From assembly GCA_963713855.1 (NCBI GenBank), contig OY970209.1:928001-992000 (forward strand): DNA of 64,000 bases, written 5' to 3'. Under the pieces are notes generated by a model. The model was not told where the DNA came from and made no database searches. It saw nothing but the letters and a program-made list of their open reading frames with translations. The position numbers and the translations under genes were made by a program. The DNA is from an uncultured bacterium. Its GTDB lineage: Bacteria; Babelota; Babeliae; Babelales; Babelaceae. Below, one piece after another: positions 20,933 through 30,080 of this stretch; within the stretch, counting starts at the first letter, position 1, and every line of letters starts with the position of its first letter.

Positions 20933-21748
20933 TCAAGTTGATTCAGCTAGTGGAACTATCTCAATGTTGCCGTTGGTCACGTCAATCGTAATAGGGGCGC
21001 CTTTTGCTGAACCAAATGTTCCTTGTGCTTCACGCGCCATGAGCCTTCTTGATTGGGAAGTAAGCACTGTTGTTCGTGGCTCGAGTGTTACAGGAATAAG
21101 GCTTGTCAGGTTGCCTCTTAGAGTACGTGCATTTAATGAGCCTTGTACTTTTTTAGGCAATGTTAGTTTTACATTGCCTTTTCCTACTTCGATAAAAAGA
21201 TGGGCTGATGCTGGTAACTTCGTTTGCTCTATTATGACAGATCCTCTACTGGCTCGTGCATGAACCTGTTTTCGTGCCTCTTGTATGGTAATTGTTCCAG
21301 TCTGGGACGTAATCTCTAAAGGACAATCAAGCGCTTTTACGGTGATTGGTCCCTGTGCGCTTGAAACGAGGATCTTTGTTACCTGTGGTGGAACGCTTAT
21401 TTCATAATGCACGGTAACCCAAGACCCTGAATCCTTGTTAACCGTCTTGACGGTAACTTGTGTTCCTTCCAACTTACTCTCCACTGTTGTCTGGGGAAGT
21501 TCTTCAGGGATTCCTATTTTAGTCGCTGAAATGAGTAGTTTGTCTCGCTTTGTTGGTATGAGCTTTATCGAACCCGTTTGCGCTTCGATTTTGAGTGTCG
21601 TTTGCGGTAAAAGTGTATAATTTTGATCGACTAGTTCCTGCTCTTTAAAAGGTGGCCAAAGCTTTTTTATTGATGACCAGGCGCCATGAAGAGAAAGTGG
21701 CTGCGTAAGAAGTAGGAACGTACAAATAAAAATGTGTTGTTTTAGCAT
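20933..21748 (-). CDS. DUF4097-like beta-strand repeat (adhesin-like) protein
   Basis: Repeated xxxGxI/V strands (AQTGSI, SAQGPI, SQTGTI, VTNGNI), signal peptide, GGGGG RBS before ATG 21748. Confidence 0.75.
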   Translation of the reverse strand: MLKQHIFICTFLLLTQPLSLHGAWSSIKKLWPPFKEQELVDQNYTLLPQTTLKIEAQTGSIKLIPTKRDKLLISATKIGIPEELPQTTVESKLEGTQVTVKTVNKDSGSWVTVHYEISVPPQVTKILVSSAQGPITVKALDCPLEITSQTGTITIQEARKQVHARASRGSVIIEQTKLPASAHLFIEVGKGNVKLTLPKKVQGSLNARTLRGNLTSLIPVTLEPRTTVLTSQSRRLMAREAQGTFGSAKGAPITIDVTNGNIEIVPLAEST

Positions 21749-22008
21749 GATTCCCCCTTTTTTTGGTTCGCTTACTCGAAGTATAGCACAAATACTCGGG
21801 CCTTCGAGTAGAATATCTTTAATATCTTGTATTATACACCGTAAAAAGAGCAAAATGTTTCACATTTTTATTACGACTGTATTTGTTTGATGTTCTAGTG
21901 TTGCACATATTTTTTATGGTAAATGTCTGCTCAAATATTTCGCGTATCCACATTGATCAAAAATGCAAAGTACGCTATAGTATAAGGGCTTCTTGAAGAT
22001 GAAAGGAA

Positions 22009-22413
22009 ATGAGCATGTTTAAAAAAGTAACGTTTGCACTGCTGTGCTGTTTTATGGTTGTATCGGCTAATACGCTCAAAGGTTATGATGAGGAAGAAGG
22101 CGTAGTTGGAGAGTTAGGAGATTTTCTTAGTGATTTTTGGCGCAACTTGAAGAAAGATGCACGTGACGTCTTTGGTTATGGAAAAGAAAAATTTAAAGAT
22201 GGAAGCAAAGTGCTTCTTGGGCGACGCCGACATAATACTCTTGCTGACTATATTGAGTACCTAAAGGACCAGGCTAAAAAAGCAGGAACATCCGTAGCTG
22301 ATTTCGTACAAAAAAACCTAAAAGAACTTAAAAAAGAATTGAATGACGAAGAATATGATGAAGTCATTCAAACCTGCTCCAAACCTGAAAAATCTGAAAA
22401 TGATGAATTATAA
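22009..22413 (+). CDS. Hypothetical secreted protein
   Basis: Signal peptide, charged helical body, AAGGA RBS. Confidence 0.65.
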   Translation: MSMFKKVTFALLCCFMVVSANTLKGYDEEEGVVGELGDFLSDFWRNLKKDARDVFGYGKEKFKDGSKVLLGRRRHNTLADYIEYLKDQAKKAGTSVADFVQKNLKELKKELNDEEYDEVIQTCSKPEKSENDEL

Positions 22414-22422
22414 GGCAAGCTG

Positions 22423-23838
22423 TTGCAAACTTTTACTGCGGATTTTTTAAAAGAGACTCTTTTTCCCCACGCAGACGAACGTAAAAAAATTGACCACGTG
22501 CTCAACGATGTCACAAAAGCGCATGGTCGAATCTACGTAGTTGGCGGTGCCGTCCGGGATCTTTTTATCGGTAGGACGACGAAAGATGTTGACCTTGAAG
22601 TTCATGGCTTGCCGCTAGAAGCACTCGAAAATATCTTGCGATCTTTCGGCGTTGTAAATACGATTGGAAAGTTCTTCGGTGTGTTGCGATGGGAGTACAG
22701 TCGGATAGAATGGGCAGTCCCACGGAAAGATGAGTCTGGTAGAAAACCGAATGTCACGCTTAATCCAACACTTGATATCACTACTGCACTAAAGCGGCGG
22801 GATCTAACCGTGAATGCAATGGCTCTGGACCTTGCTACGGGGGAATTTATAGATCCTTTTGGCGGGTATAAAGATCTTAAAGAGAAAACAGCTCGAACAC
22901 CCGATGCTTACTTTTTCACGCAAGACCCGCTACGGTTTTACCGTGTTATGCAATTTATCGCCCGTTTTAACTTAACTCCCGATGACGAACTTAATCGCGT
23001 CTGCGCTACTATGTCGATTAAGGATATTTCTCAGGAGCGAATTGAGGCCGAGTTTGATAAATTATTTCTTCTTTCAGATGAACCTTCGCGTGGTATTCGG
23101 TGGATAGAGTCTTTGGGTCGGTTATCCGAAGTGTTGCCTGAGCTTGGGGCAACCGTAGGCATTTTGCAAGAAAAGTCGTGGCATCCTGAGGGCGATGTAT
23201 TTGAGCACACAATGCAAGTAATAGATGCTGCTGCTACGTACCTTCTTCCTGACGATTTTCAAAAAGTCACACTGCTTTCTGCAGCATTATGCCATGACCT
23301 TGGAAAGGCTGTCTCAACACGCGTTTTGGATGGCCGAATACGAAGCATAGGTCATGAAATAACTGGTGTTCCTTTGGCAAAGTCCCTTTTAAAGCGCATT
23401 ACGGGTAACAAAAAGCGAATAGCAGTTGTAACAAAACTTGTGCGGTATCACATGGACCCTGGTTCATTTATAAAAGGTAATGCTTCTTTGGCGGCTTATA
23501 AGCGGCTTTCTATAAAACTCTTTCCAGAAACAAATTGCGCATTTCTTGCTCTTTTGGCTCAATCAGATCGGCGCGGACGAAATCCATTACGCGGCGTGCC
23601 ACTAGAAGATCAAGCTTCAGAAATCACACAATTTGAAGAAATGGCATCAAAAGCAGGTGTTTTGTTTGCCCCCGTGCCACCTATTTTACAGGGTGCAGAC
23701 CTTATGAATTTCATAGAGCCTGGTCCGTCTTTAGGTGCTGCACTTAAAAAAGCCTATGAGCTACAAATTAATGAAGATATCGAAGATAAAGAAGTTCTCA
23801 AGAAGAGAATTTTGAAAGAACTCCGCATCAAAACGTAA
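22423..23838 (+). CDS. cca: CCA-adding tRNA nucleotidyltransferase with HD domain
   Basis: VGGAVRD, DVD, RRDLTVNA, DPLRFYR, ERI, HPEGDVFEH, LCHDLGK. Confidence 0.92.
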   Translation: MQTFTADFLKETLFPHADERKKIDHVLNDVTKAHGRIYVVGGAVRDLFIGRTTKDVDLEVHGLPLEALENILRSFGVVNTIGKFFGVLRWEYSRIEWAVPRKDESGRKPNVTLNPTLDITTALKRRDLTVNAMALDLATGEFIDPFGGYKDLKEKTARTPDAYFFTQDPLRFYRVMQFIARFNLTPDDELNRVCATMSIKDISQERIEAEFDKLFLLSDEPSRGIRWIESLGRLSEVLPELGATVGILQEKSWHPEGDVFEHTMQVIDAAATYLLPDDFQKVTLLSAALCHDLGKAVSTRVLDGRIRSIGHEITGVPLAKSLLKRITGNKKRIAVVTKLVRYHMDPGSFIKGNASLAAYKRLSIKLFPETNCAFLALLAQSDRRGRNPLRGVPLEDQASEITQFEEMASKAGVLFAPVPPILQGADLMNFIEPGPSLGAALKKAYELQINEDIEDKEVLKKRILKELRIKT

Positions 23839-23921
23839 CTCCTTATCAATAGATTGGCAGCCGAGTTATGACAAGTGGTAAAACTCAAGCTGCCTTAACG
23901 GTATAAGTCACTCTCAATGTC

Positions 23922-24836
23922 TTATTGCGGTGCTCTCGATTGTCTTGCAGCGTAAACTTTTTCTAAAGCTCTTTGAAAGCGAGTAAGTTTTTCTTGCATA
24001 GTTTCCAAGTTTACAATCTGATCCCTCAGAGCGTTATAAAAGCCTCGGGATCTAGAAACTCGATTAATAACCTGAAGAGCGGTTTTCAATCTTGTTAATG
24101 CGACATCGAAGGCCGTTCTCGCACTATCTAAAAGATCAAGCGGTAGTTGGGCTAAACGTGATTCACTTAAAGCCGAAATTATGTTGGAGAATGCTCCAAC
24201 GATCGCTCCTGCTTTTGATGCTTCCGTTTGGACACTTTCTTGGGCCGCTGTCGCCGTAATTTCCGCGGGGTTAGAAACTTTTTCAACCGCCTGCTCCGAC
24301 CCAACGAGCATATCAGCCATTGCCTGCGCCGTTTTACTTGTAAGAAGACCTATATCTTCATCTCTTCCATTAGTAATTATAGCGTCCGTAACAGCCTTTA
24401 AGCGTGCCTCATCCATACTTCCTATAACCGTTGGCGTAATTGTTTCAACAAACTCTGAAGGGTGTTCTTCGGCAAAAATTCTTAAATCCCGGGTCATGAC
24501 GGAAACATCTCTTTTGCCTGTTCTTAAATAAAGAGCCAATGGACTATCAACCGGTATAGTTGGAGGAGTAGTTGCTTCTGCAGCCCCTTCTGGTAAGGTC
24601 ACTACTGGACCTTCAGTAGACGGCTGCTCCTCTGATGGCAAACCCGTTGATTCAGGTGTCTCGGGTTGAGCTTCAGTTGGCGGTGTTGTAGGACCCGTAA
24701 CCTCTGGACCTCTCTCGCGCCCTCCTGCAGGTTCTCCCGTTTCTTCAGGATTGAGAAATTCGCCTTCTGGAGCGTACGCCAGAGGACTTAGTAGAAAAAG
24801 CATACATGCGAATAATCTATAGCTTACCCTTATCAT
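23922..24836 (-). CDS. Pro/Glu-rich secreted hypothetical protein
   Basis: Signal peptide followed by a low-complexity P/E/T/G segment and a helical C-terminus. Confidence 0.7.
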   Translation of the reverse strand: MIRVSYRLFACMLFLLSPLAYAPEGEFLNPEETGEPAGGRERGPEVTGPTTPPTEAQPETPESTGLPSEEQPSTEGPVVTLPEGAAEATTPPTIPVDSPLALYLRTGKRDVSVMTRDLRIFAEEHPSEFVETITPTVIGSMDEARLKAVTDAIITNGRDEDIGLLTSKTAQAMADMLVGSEQAVEKVSNPAEITATAAQESVQTEASKAGAIVGAFSNIISALSESRLAQLPLDLLDSARTAFDVALTRLKTALQVINRVSRSRGFYNALRDQIVNLETMQEKLTRFQRALEKVYAARQSRAPQ

Positions 24837-24993
24837 CTTTAAACCTTTCTTCAATAATCAATTAGTAGTATATATGTATATTACTAATATTTAATTAAAT
24901 AATTCAATAAAAAGCTGAATTGTCACAAAATGAATATAAAAACCTTAAGGGGTTTGCGTCAAAGTGGCAAGGTAGCGGATACTACACAAGAAG

Positions 24994-25021
24994 CGGCTCC
25001 TAGAAAAACTTCTAGGAGCCG
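24994..25021 (-). terminator. Intrinsic terminator hairpin
   Basis: CGGCTCCTAGAA-aaac-TTCTAGGAGCCG, just past the stop of the ankyrin gene. Confidence 0.65.
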
Positions 25022-25035
25022 AAAAAGTGAATGAT

Positions 25036-25701
25036 TTAATTTTCCAATGTAGATACTGCACCGTTATCGATGAGCAATTTTTTAATACTTGCAAGCCCTG
25101 GATGTATTCGTAGCAGGTCCAATGGAGTTTGACCAAGGCTGTCGCAAGCATTAACATCAGCCTTGAGCGAAACGAGGAGAAAAACGAGAGAATATATTTC
25201 TTCTACGTTTTCTAGTAAATCATTTTCTTCCAGTGATCTAGTCATTCCTAAAACCGTGTGTAGAGGAGTATAACCGGCAATAAACTCTTTTGAGTTTATA
25301 TCCAATTTGTGCTCTACAAGCCATTTTATGCTAGTTTTGTTTCCGCTTGCCGTGGCAAGATGGAGAAGAGTAATGCCATCGCTGTCAATCGCGTTGATAT
25401 CTGCCCCGTTCTTATAATAGAGATCAAGGATTTCCGTTCCTGCATGTAAAGCAGCGTGATGGATTGGTTTAAAGCCTTCTTCGTCGGTTTCATGCAAAAA
25501 TGCACCGCTTTTAAGTGCTTCTTTTGCGAGCACGATATTGTCTTCTACTGCAGCTTTTGAAAAGGGGTTATTGGGTGTAACGTTTTCGATTGATTCTTTG
25601 CCGAATGATAGGGATAATAAGTTATTGGTTCTTTTGCAAGATGAATTACTTATTAATGCTAAGAAGGTTACTAGTGTACCAAGTTTTAAAGCAGTTTTCA
25701 T
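25036..25701 (-). CDS. Ankyrin repeat protein with signal peptide (possible lipoprotein)
   Basis: GFKPIHHAA, GITLLHLA, GYTPLH, GQTPLDL repeats. Confidence 0.9.
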   Translation of the reverse strand: MKTALKLGTLVTFLALISNSSCKRTNNLLSLSFGKESIENVTPNNPFSKAAVEDNIVLAKEALKSGAFLHETDEEGFKPIHHAALHAGTEILDLYYKNGADINAIDSDGITLLHLATASGNKTSIKWLVEHKLDINSKEFIAGYTPLHTVLGMTRSLEENDLLENVEEIYSLVFLLVSLKADVNACDSLGQTPLDLLRIHPGLASIKKLLIDNGAVSTLEN

Positions 25702-25909
25702 GACGTATTCCTCATTTTATTTTGGTTACTGAATCATGATGTGACATTATTTGATACTATATGTCACTTTCCAGATTAATCGAATTTCACATTTTGTACA
25801 GTTTTGCTGGATTTGATGCTTGCCTCTTTTTTTGATATTGGCGTTTTTATACTTTGCTTTAGAGTCTAAAATAAGGTATCATGTACACACATTTTATTTA
25901 AGGTGGCTT

Positions 25910-26626
25910 ATGTTACTAGCTTTAAAGCACACGGTACTTTTTAAGCTTCTTTCACACGCTGATGGATTAAGTCAGTGTTTATTTTGGGGATTGATTGCAC
26001 TCTCAATAGCGTGCTGGTCAGTCTGGTTTTACAAATTTTTTACCGTGCGTAGAACAATTAAACATGTACAACACATACTTGTAGCTCTTGAACATGCTAC
26101 AACGCTTGAAGAGCTTGTAAGCTTTGCAACAACGGTGCACAAAACTGTTCCCGGAAGACTTATTACTGCTGGGTTTGGGGGTCTTAGAAGGTCGTCAAAA
26201 TTGGGATTATTGCATGATGAGCATGAACTCATTTCCTCCTCTCTTGAACACGCTGTTAATACACTCGTTGAAGAACAGGAAAGTTATCTAGGCCTTCTTC
26301 GTTTGGGTAGCGAAACGGGACCGCTTATAGGGCTTTTTGGAACTGTATGGGGACTAATACATGCCTTTAATCGCATTAGCGAAAAACAGACCGCTGATAT
26401 ACCGACGGTAGCACCTGGTATCGCTGAAGCGCTTGTTATTACGCTTATTGGTCTTTTTGTTGCTATACCAGCTCTTGTTATGTATTCTACACTTTCGCAT
26501 CAATTGAACATTCTTGAGAAGAAATTGTGGGCGCTTTCTGACAAAGTGCTTACGTTATTTAGTGTAAAAGTCACGCAGGCTACGAATATTGCATATGAAA
26601 CAACGGCGCCTCAATCTGAAGCGTAG
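25910..26626 (+). CDS. tolQ: TolQ/ExbB proton channel
   Basis: PLIGLFGTVWGLI, VAPGIAEAL, GLFVAIPA. Confidence 0.9.
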   Translation: MLLALKHTVLFKLLSHADGLSQCLFWGLIALSIACWSVWFYKFFTVRRTIKHVQHILVALEHATTLEELVSFATTVHKTVPGRLITAGFGGLRRSSKLGLLHDEHELISSSLEHAVNTLVEEQESYLGLLRLGSETGPLIGLFGTVWGLIHAFNRISEKQTADIPTVAPGIAEALVITLIGLFVAIPALVMYSTLSHQLNILEKKLWALSDKVLTLFSVKVTQATNIAYETTAPQSEA

Positions 26627-26978
26627 AGAGCTTCCTACAATAACTCTTACTCCGTTAATAGACACGGTTCTCGTGCTACTCATAATTTTTATGGTTACAA
26701 GCCCTACAAAGGCACCTATCGAAGTTGCTAAAGCGGAGCTAAAACCGGATACTTCTATAAAAGCGGTTGTTGTAATAATTGATGCTCAAGGAAGGATAAG
26801 CATCGATGGCAGTTTTGTCAAAGACACCGAGTTTTTAAAGCAGCTCGAAAAGCGCTTAAAAGGATTACCTTTCAAAGTCGTTCGACTTCACGCACAGCAA
26901 GGTGCATCTGGTGCGCTTGTGCACAAAGTACTTGATACAGCAAGAGGTATACATGGTGTTAAGCTTGCCTTTTGGTAA
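26595..26978 (+). CDS. tolR: TolR/ExbD
   Basis: ITLTPLIDTVLVLLIIFMVT. Confidence 0.9.
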   Translation: MKQRRLNLKRRELPTITLTPLIDTVLVLLIIFMVTSPTKAPIEVAKAELKPDTSIKAVVVIIDAQGRISIDGSFVKDTEFLKQLEKRLKGLPFKVVRLHAQQGASGALVHKVLDTARGIHGVKLAFW

Positions 26979-27876
26979 AAAACTTGAAGTGCCGGGTACT
27001 GTCATAGCTTTTCTATGCTCGCTTGCATTACATCTTCTGCTTGTTATAGCTCTTTTGTGGTCGCCATTTCGTTCTTCAACTTTTAAGCTTACTGGATTTT
27101 ATGGTCAACAAATCAAAAACAACAAATCGGTAAGTAGTTCCGTTAAAGTTGATAACCGTATTCCCAAGGAACTTCTTGAAGCACTTAAAACTGAAGTGGT
27201 TGTGAAGACGCCGATAAAAAAGACCGAAGTGCCAAAGCCGAACATTGCTCATGAGACCGCCTTACTTTTAAAAAAGGCCGAGGCTTTAAAAGCTATAAAA
27301 GCCAAAAAAGCGCAAAAAATAAACGAAAAGACGAAAGTCCTGAAAGCTGAAGCTCCTGCAGTAGAAAAGCCTTTGCAGCAGGCAGTTTCTGCAGAGTTAA
27401 AAGAAGAAAAGGTTGCAAAGGTTATTGAAACTGCTGTGGTAAAACCCGTTGAAAATAAAGTTATCGCAATGAAAGATAAAGAAGCTACGATTGAGAAAAA
27501 GAAGGAGAGCTCAGTACTTTCAAAAACACAGGAACAGATCCAGGAGCTTTTTAGTGAGCAGGGACACTTTAGTATCGAAGTTAGTGGTCAAGTAAAACCT
27601 GTCGAAAGCCCTGATAATGAAATGCAAGCTCTCAAGTTTGCTCAAGAGGTAAATCGCCTTATAAATGAACAGTGGGACCCTATGGCAGGATGGGAAGATG
27701 CAGGCCCCGTCGTTATTAAAGTATCTTTACAAAAAGCGGTCGATGTGTATCGTGAGCCAGAACTAGTACTTGAGTCAAAATCGATTGCTAAAAATCAGCA
27801 TGCCCTTAATATAGTCCGTGCCTTGGTGCGATCGGGTGCTATGCATGGGTGTGTTTTTAATTTAACGTTTAAATAA
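26953..27876 (+). CDS. TolA/TonB-like energy transducer
   Basis: TM helix with SLALH motif, K/E/A-rich linker, C-terminal domain (INEQW); directly follows tolQR. Confidence 0.75.
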   Translation: MVLSLPFGKKLEVPGTVIAFLCSLALHLLLVIALLWSPFRSSTFKLTGFYGQQIKNNKSVSSSVKVDNRIPKELLEALKTEVVVKTPIKKTEVPKPNIAHETALLLKKAEALKAIKAKKAQKINEKTKVLKAEAPAVEKPLQQAVSAELKEEKVAKVIETAVVKPVENKVIAMKDKEATIEKKKESSVLSKTQEQIQELFSEQGHFSIEVSGQVKPVESPDNEMQALKFAQEVNRLINEQWDPMAGWEDAGPVVIKVSLQKAVDVYREPELVLESKSIAKNQHALNIVRALVRSGAMHGCVFNLTFK

Positions 27877-27968
27877 TAGCAGTCGCATGTTGTGGGCTTA
27901 AAATAATGAAGGGATAGTAGCGCAGAGCCGGCATTTCAGCCAGCTCTGATTGTCTAATGGAAAGTATC

Positions 27969-28496
27969 TTAAAGTTCTTCTCTGAACTTTTTACCAGTAC
28001 CCTGTTCTTGTGCTAGATCTGATTCAAGTGCATTAAAACGGCTTTGTACTTCTTTAAATGTATCATAGGCTTGATACATTTTTTCGATTTTTGTCCCGAT
28101 CTTATCAATGATAGCTACAGCGTACTCTTTTCCTAGCTCCTTCATCGTTTGGGCCAAGTTTTTTACAAAATATACAATTTTGCTGACCGGTTTTTTTTGT
28201 GAAGGTAGGGTGGCTATAAATGTGTCAATTTCAGGGATAAATTGAGAAAGACTTCTATATAGTGCTAGTTCATCTCTGATTTCTTGTAGTTTTTCATATA
28301 AAGCATTCTCTGCGCTTTTAAGTTGCTCGTAAGCAGTGTTTAAAGCTTGTTCTTCTAAAAAGATAGCAATTTTGAGTCTTTCAATTTGCGTTAGAAAATG
28401 GGATTTGATATGGAGTTGCGATCTACTATCCATATTTGAAAAAGTGACTATCGATAATAGGGACAAGGTTATCATTTTATAGAGAACTCTCTTCAT
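27969..28496 (-). CDS. Hypothetical secreted coiled-coil protein
   Basis: Signal peptide, heptad-rich body, AAGGGA RBS. Confidence 0.65.
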   Translation of the reverse strand: MKRVLYKMITLSLLSIVTFSNMDSRSQLHIKSHFLTQIERLKIAIFLEEQALNTAYEQLKSAENALYEKLQEIRDELALYRSLSQFIPEIDTFIATLPSQKKPVSKIVYFVKNLAQTMKELGKEYAVAIIDKIGTKIEKMYQAYDTFKEVQSRFNALESDLAQEQGTGKKFREEL

Positions 28497-28685
28497 GGAT
28501 TTTCCCTTTCATTAAGCACTACCTTCTGATTTAATTTTATCATATTTAATTAAAATTGTAATAATAACTCAAATAAATAATAGTTTGAGTGCTGTTGTAT
28601 TCTTTAGGCGTGAACGCCTTGGGCAGAAGATGATTTTTTTGATAAACTCTCTTAAACATAATTAAATTGAGAAGAAAGTTTACCC

Positions 28686-29969
28686 ATGCTCAAGAGATAT
28701 TCTATAACCTTCAGTCTTCTTTTTTCTTCTTTTTTGGCCGGTACTCAAAATGATATCGTGTCTATTACAATAGATAATACCCAGAGCGCAAAACAAACCC
28801 AAAAGCGGATGCCTCTCTTTATAGGAGGAATTCACTTAGAGGAAGGTTTGGTCGACGTATTGCCTTTACTTAAAGCTGATTTGGAACTTAGTAAGCAATT
28901 TGCCGTTAAGACACAGATACTTGAAAAGCCTCCCTTGAAGAAAAATATTCAAGAACTCTATGCTCAAGGGTACCTTTTGGCTCTCTTTATTAATAAGTCT
29001 CCTTCAAAGGACGCTTTTGAGTGGCGCTTATATAACACTTCATCCGGCAGCTTAGAAAAAGGTAGGACAGTTCCGATGAGCGGGAAGGGTCCTGAAGTTT
29101 CGGCGCACTCGCTTTGCCATGATGTTTGGAAAGAACTAATGGGAAGCCCGGGCCCCTTTACGAGCCGCTTATGTTACATGAAGCGATTGCCAATGCCTGG
29201 TAAATCCTTTTTAACAAACCTTTGTGTGACTGATGTACATGGTAAGAAAGTGCAAACCCTTTTTTCCACCGAGAGAATCAGCGTAGCTCCCCGTTGGAGT
29301 TCACATACAATGGGTCAGCACATCCTTTACTCAGAATTTACGCCTTCAAACGTGCGTGTTGTATCGGTGGATATGGAAGGAAAAAAGCGAGTTATTTTAG
29401 ATTTTGAAGGAACCTTAGCAGGTGTATCCTTTCACCCCACTACCCTAGATATGGTGTACGGCCGATCCGGTGGGATATGGCAATGCTCGTATGATCCCAC
29501 CACAGCTAAGTCTAAGCATATCCTTCTTGTGCGGGAGAACGAGGCTTGTGCCTGCCCGACCGCTTTGTCGAATGGGGACGTTATCTATTGCTGCCAGGGT
29601 AAAATCAAACGCTATGTTAAAGCAACTGGTAAACGTAATCTTCTTGTGGATCAAGGCTATACAGTAGGCCCAGCTTTCCACGAAAAAAGCGGCCAATTAG
29701 TGTATTCGAAGCGAGTAAAAGGAGTGATACAGCTTTTTCTCTGCTCTATCCCTGCCGATAAGCATACCCAGATTACCTTTGAAGCTGGCGATAAGACTGA
29801 TGCCTGTTGGTCAGACTGTGGTACTTGGCTTGCTTTTAATGTTGAGGCTCAGGGTAAAAGTCGTATAGGGCTACTCCATGTCAAAACGGGTACCTTTTAT
29901 TACGTAACTCGAGCAGACTCGGATTGCTGTTGTCCCGCATGGTCACCGCTTTTTGCGCATGATAGCTAG
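28686..29969 (+). CDS. tolB: TolB-like beta-propeller protein
   Basis: TolB N-domain (ADLELS..F, AH...D...ELMG.PG.F.SR) plus PD40-like repeats ending CPAWSP. Confidence 0.8.
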   Translation: MLKRYSITFSLLFSSFLAGTQNDIVSITIDNTQSAKQTQKRMPLFIGGIHLEEGLVDVLPLLKADLELSKQFAVKTQILEKPPLKKNIQELYAQGYLLALFINKSPSKDAFEWRLYNTSSGSLEKGRTVPMSGKGPEVSAHSLCHDVWKELMGSPGPFTSRLCYMKRLPMPGKSFLTNLCVTDVHGKKVQTLFSTERISVAPRWSSHTMGQHILYSEFTPSNVRVVSVDMEGKKRVILDFEGTLAGVSFHPTTLDMVYGRSGGIWQCSYDPTTAKSKHILLVRENEACACPTALSNGDVIYCCQGKIKRYVKATGKRNLLVDQGYTVGPAFHEKSGQLVYSKRVKGVIQLFLCSIPADKHTQITFEAGDKTDACWSDCGTWLAFNVEAQGKSRIGLLHVKTGTFYYVTRADSDCCCPAWSPLFAHDS

Positions 29970-30080
29970 ATTCGTCTAAAGGATGAGTCGACAAACTGGA
30001 TGGTTATCGGTATACTAATGGATAATAACCACACAATAATAAAGCTTTTTAGATAAAAGGCAGTTTGTAGGTACTTAGTT

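Noticed and set aside
25741..25767. GTGACAT-N13-ATGTCAC palindrome between the ankyrin gene and tolQ
   Set aside because: Only 7-bp arms and different spacing from the DUF4143-linked sites; cannot be distinguished from chance.
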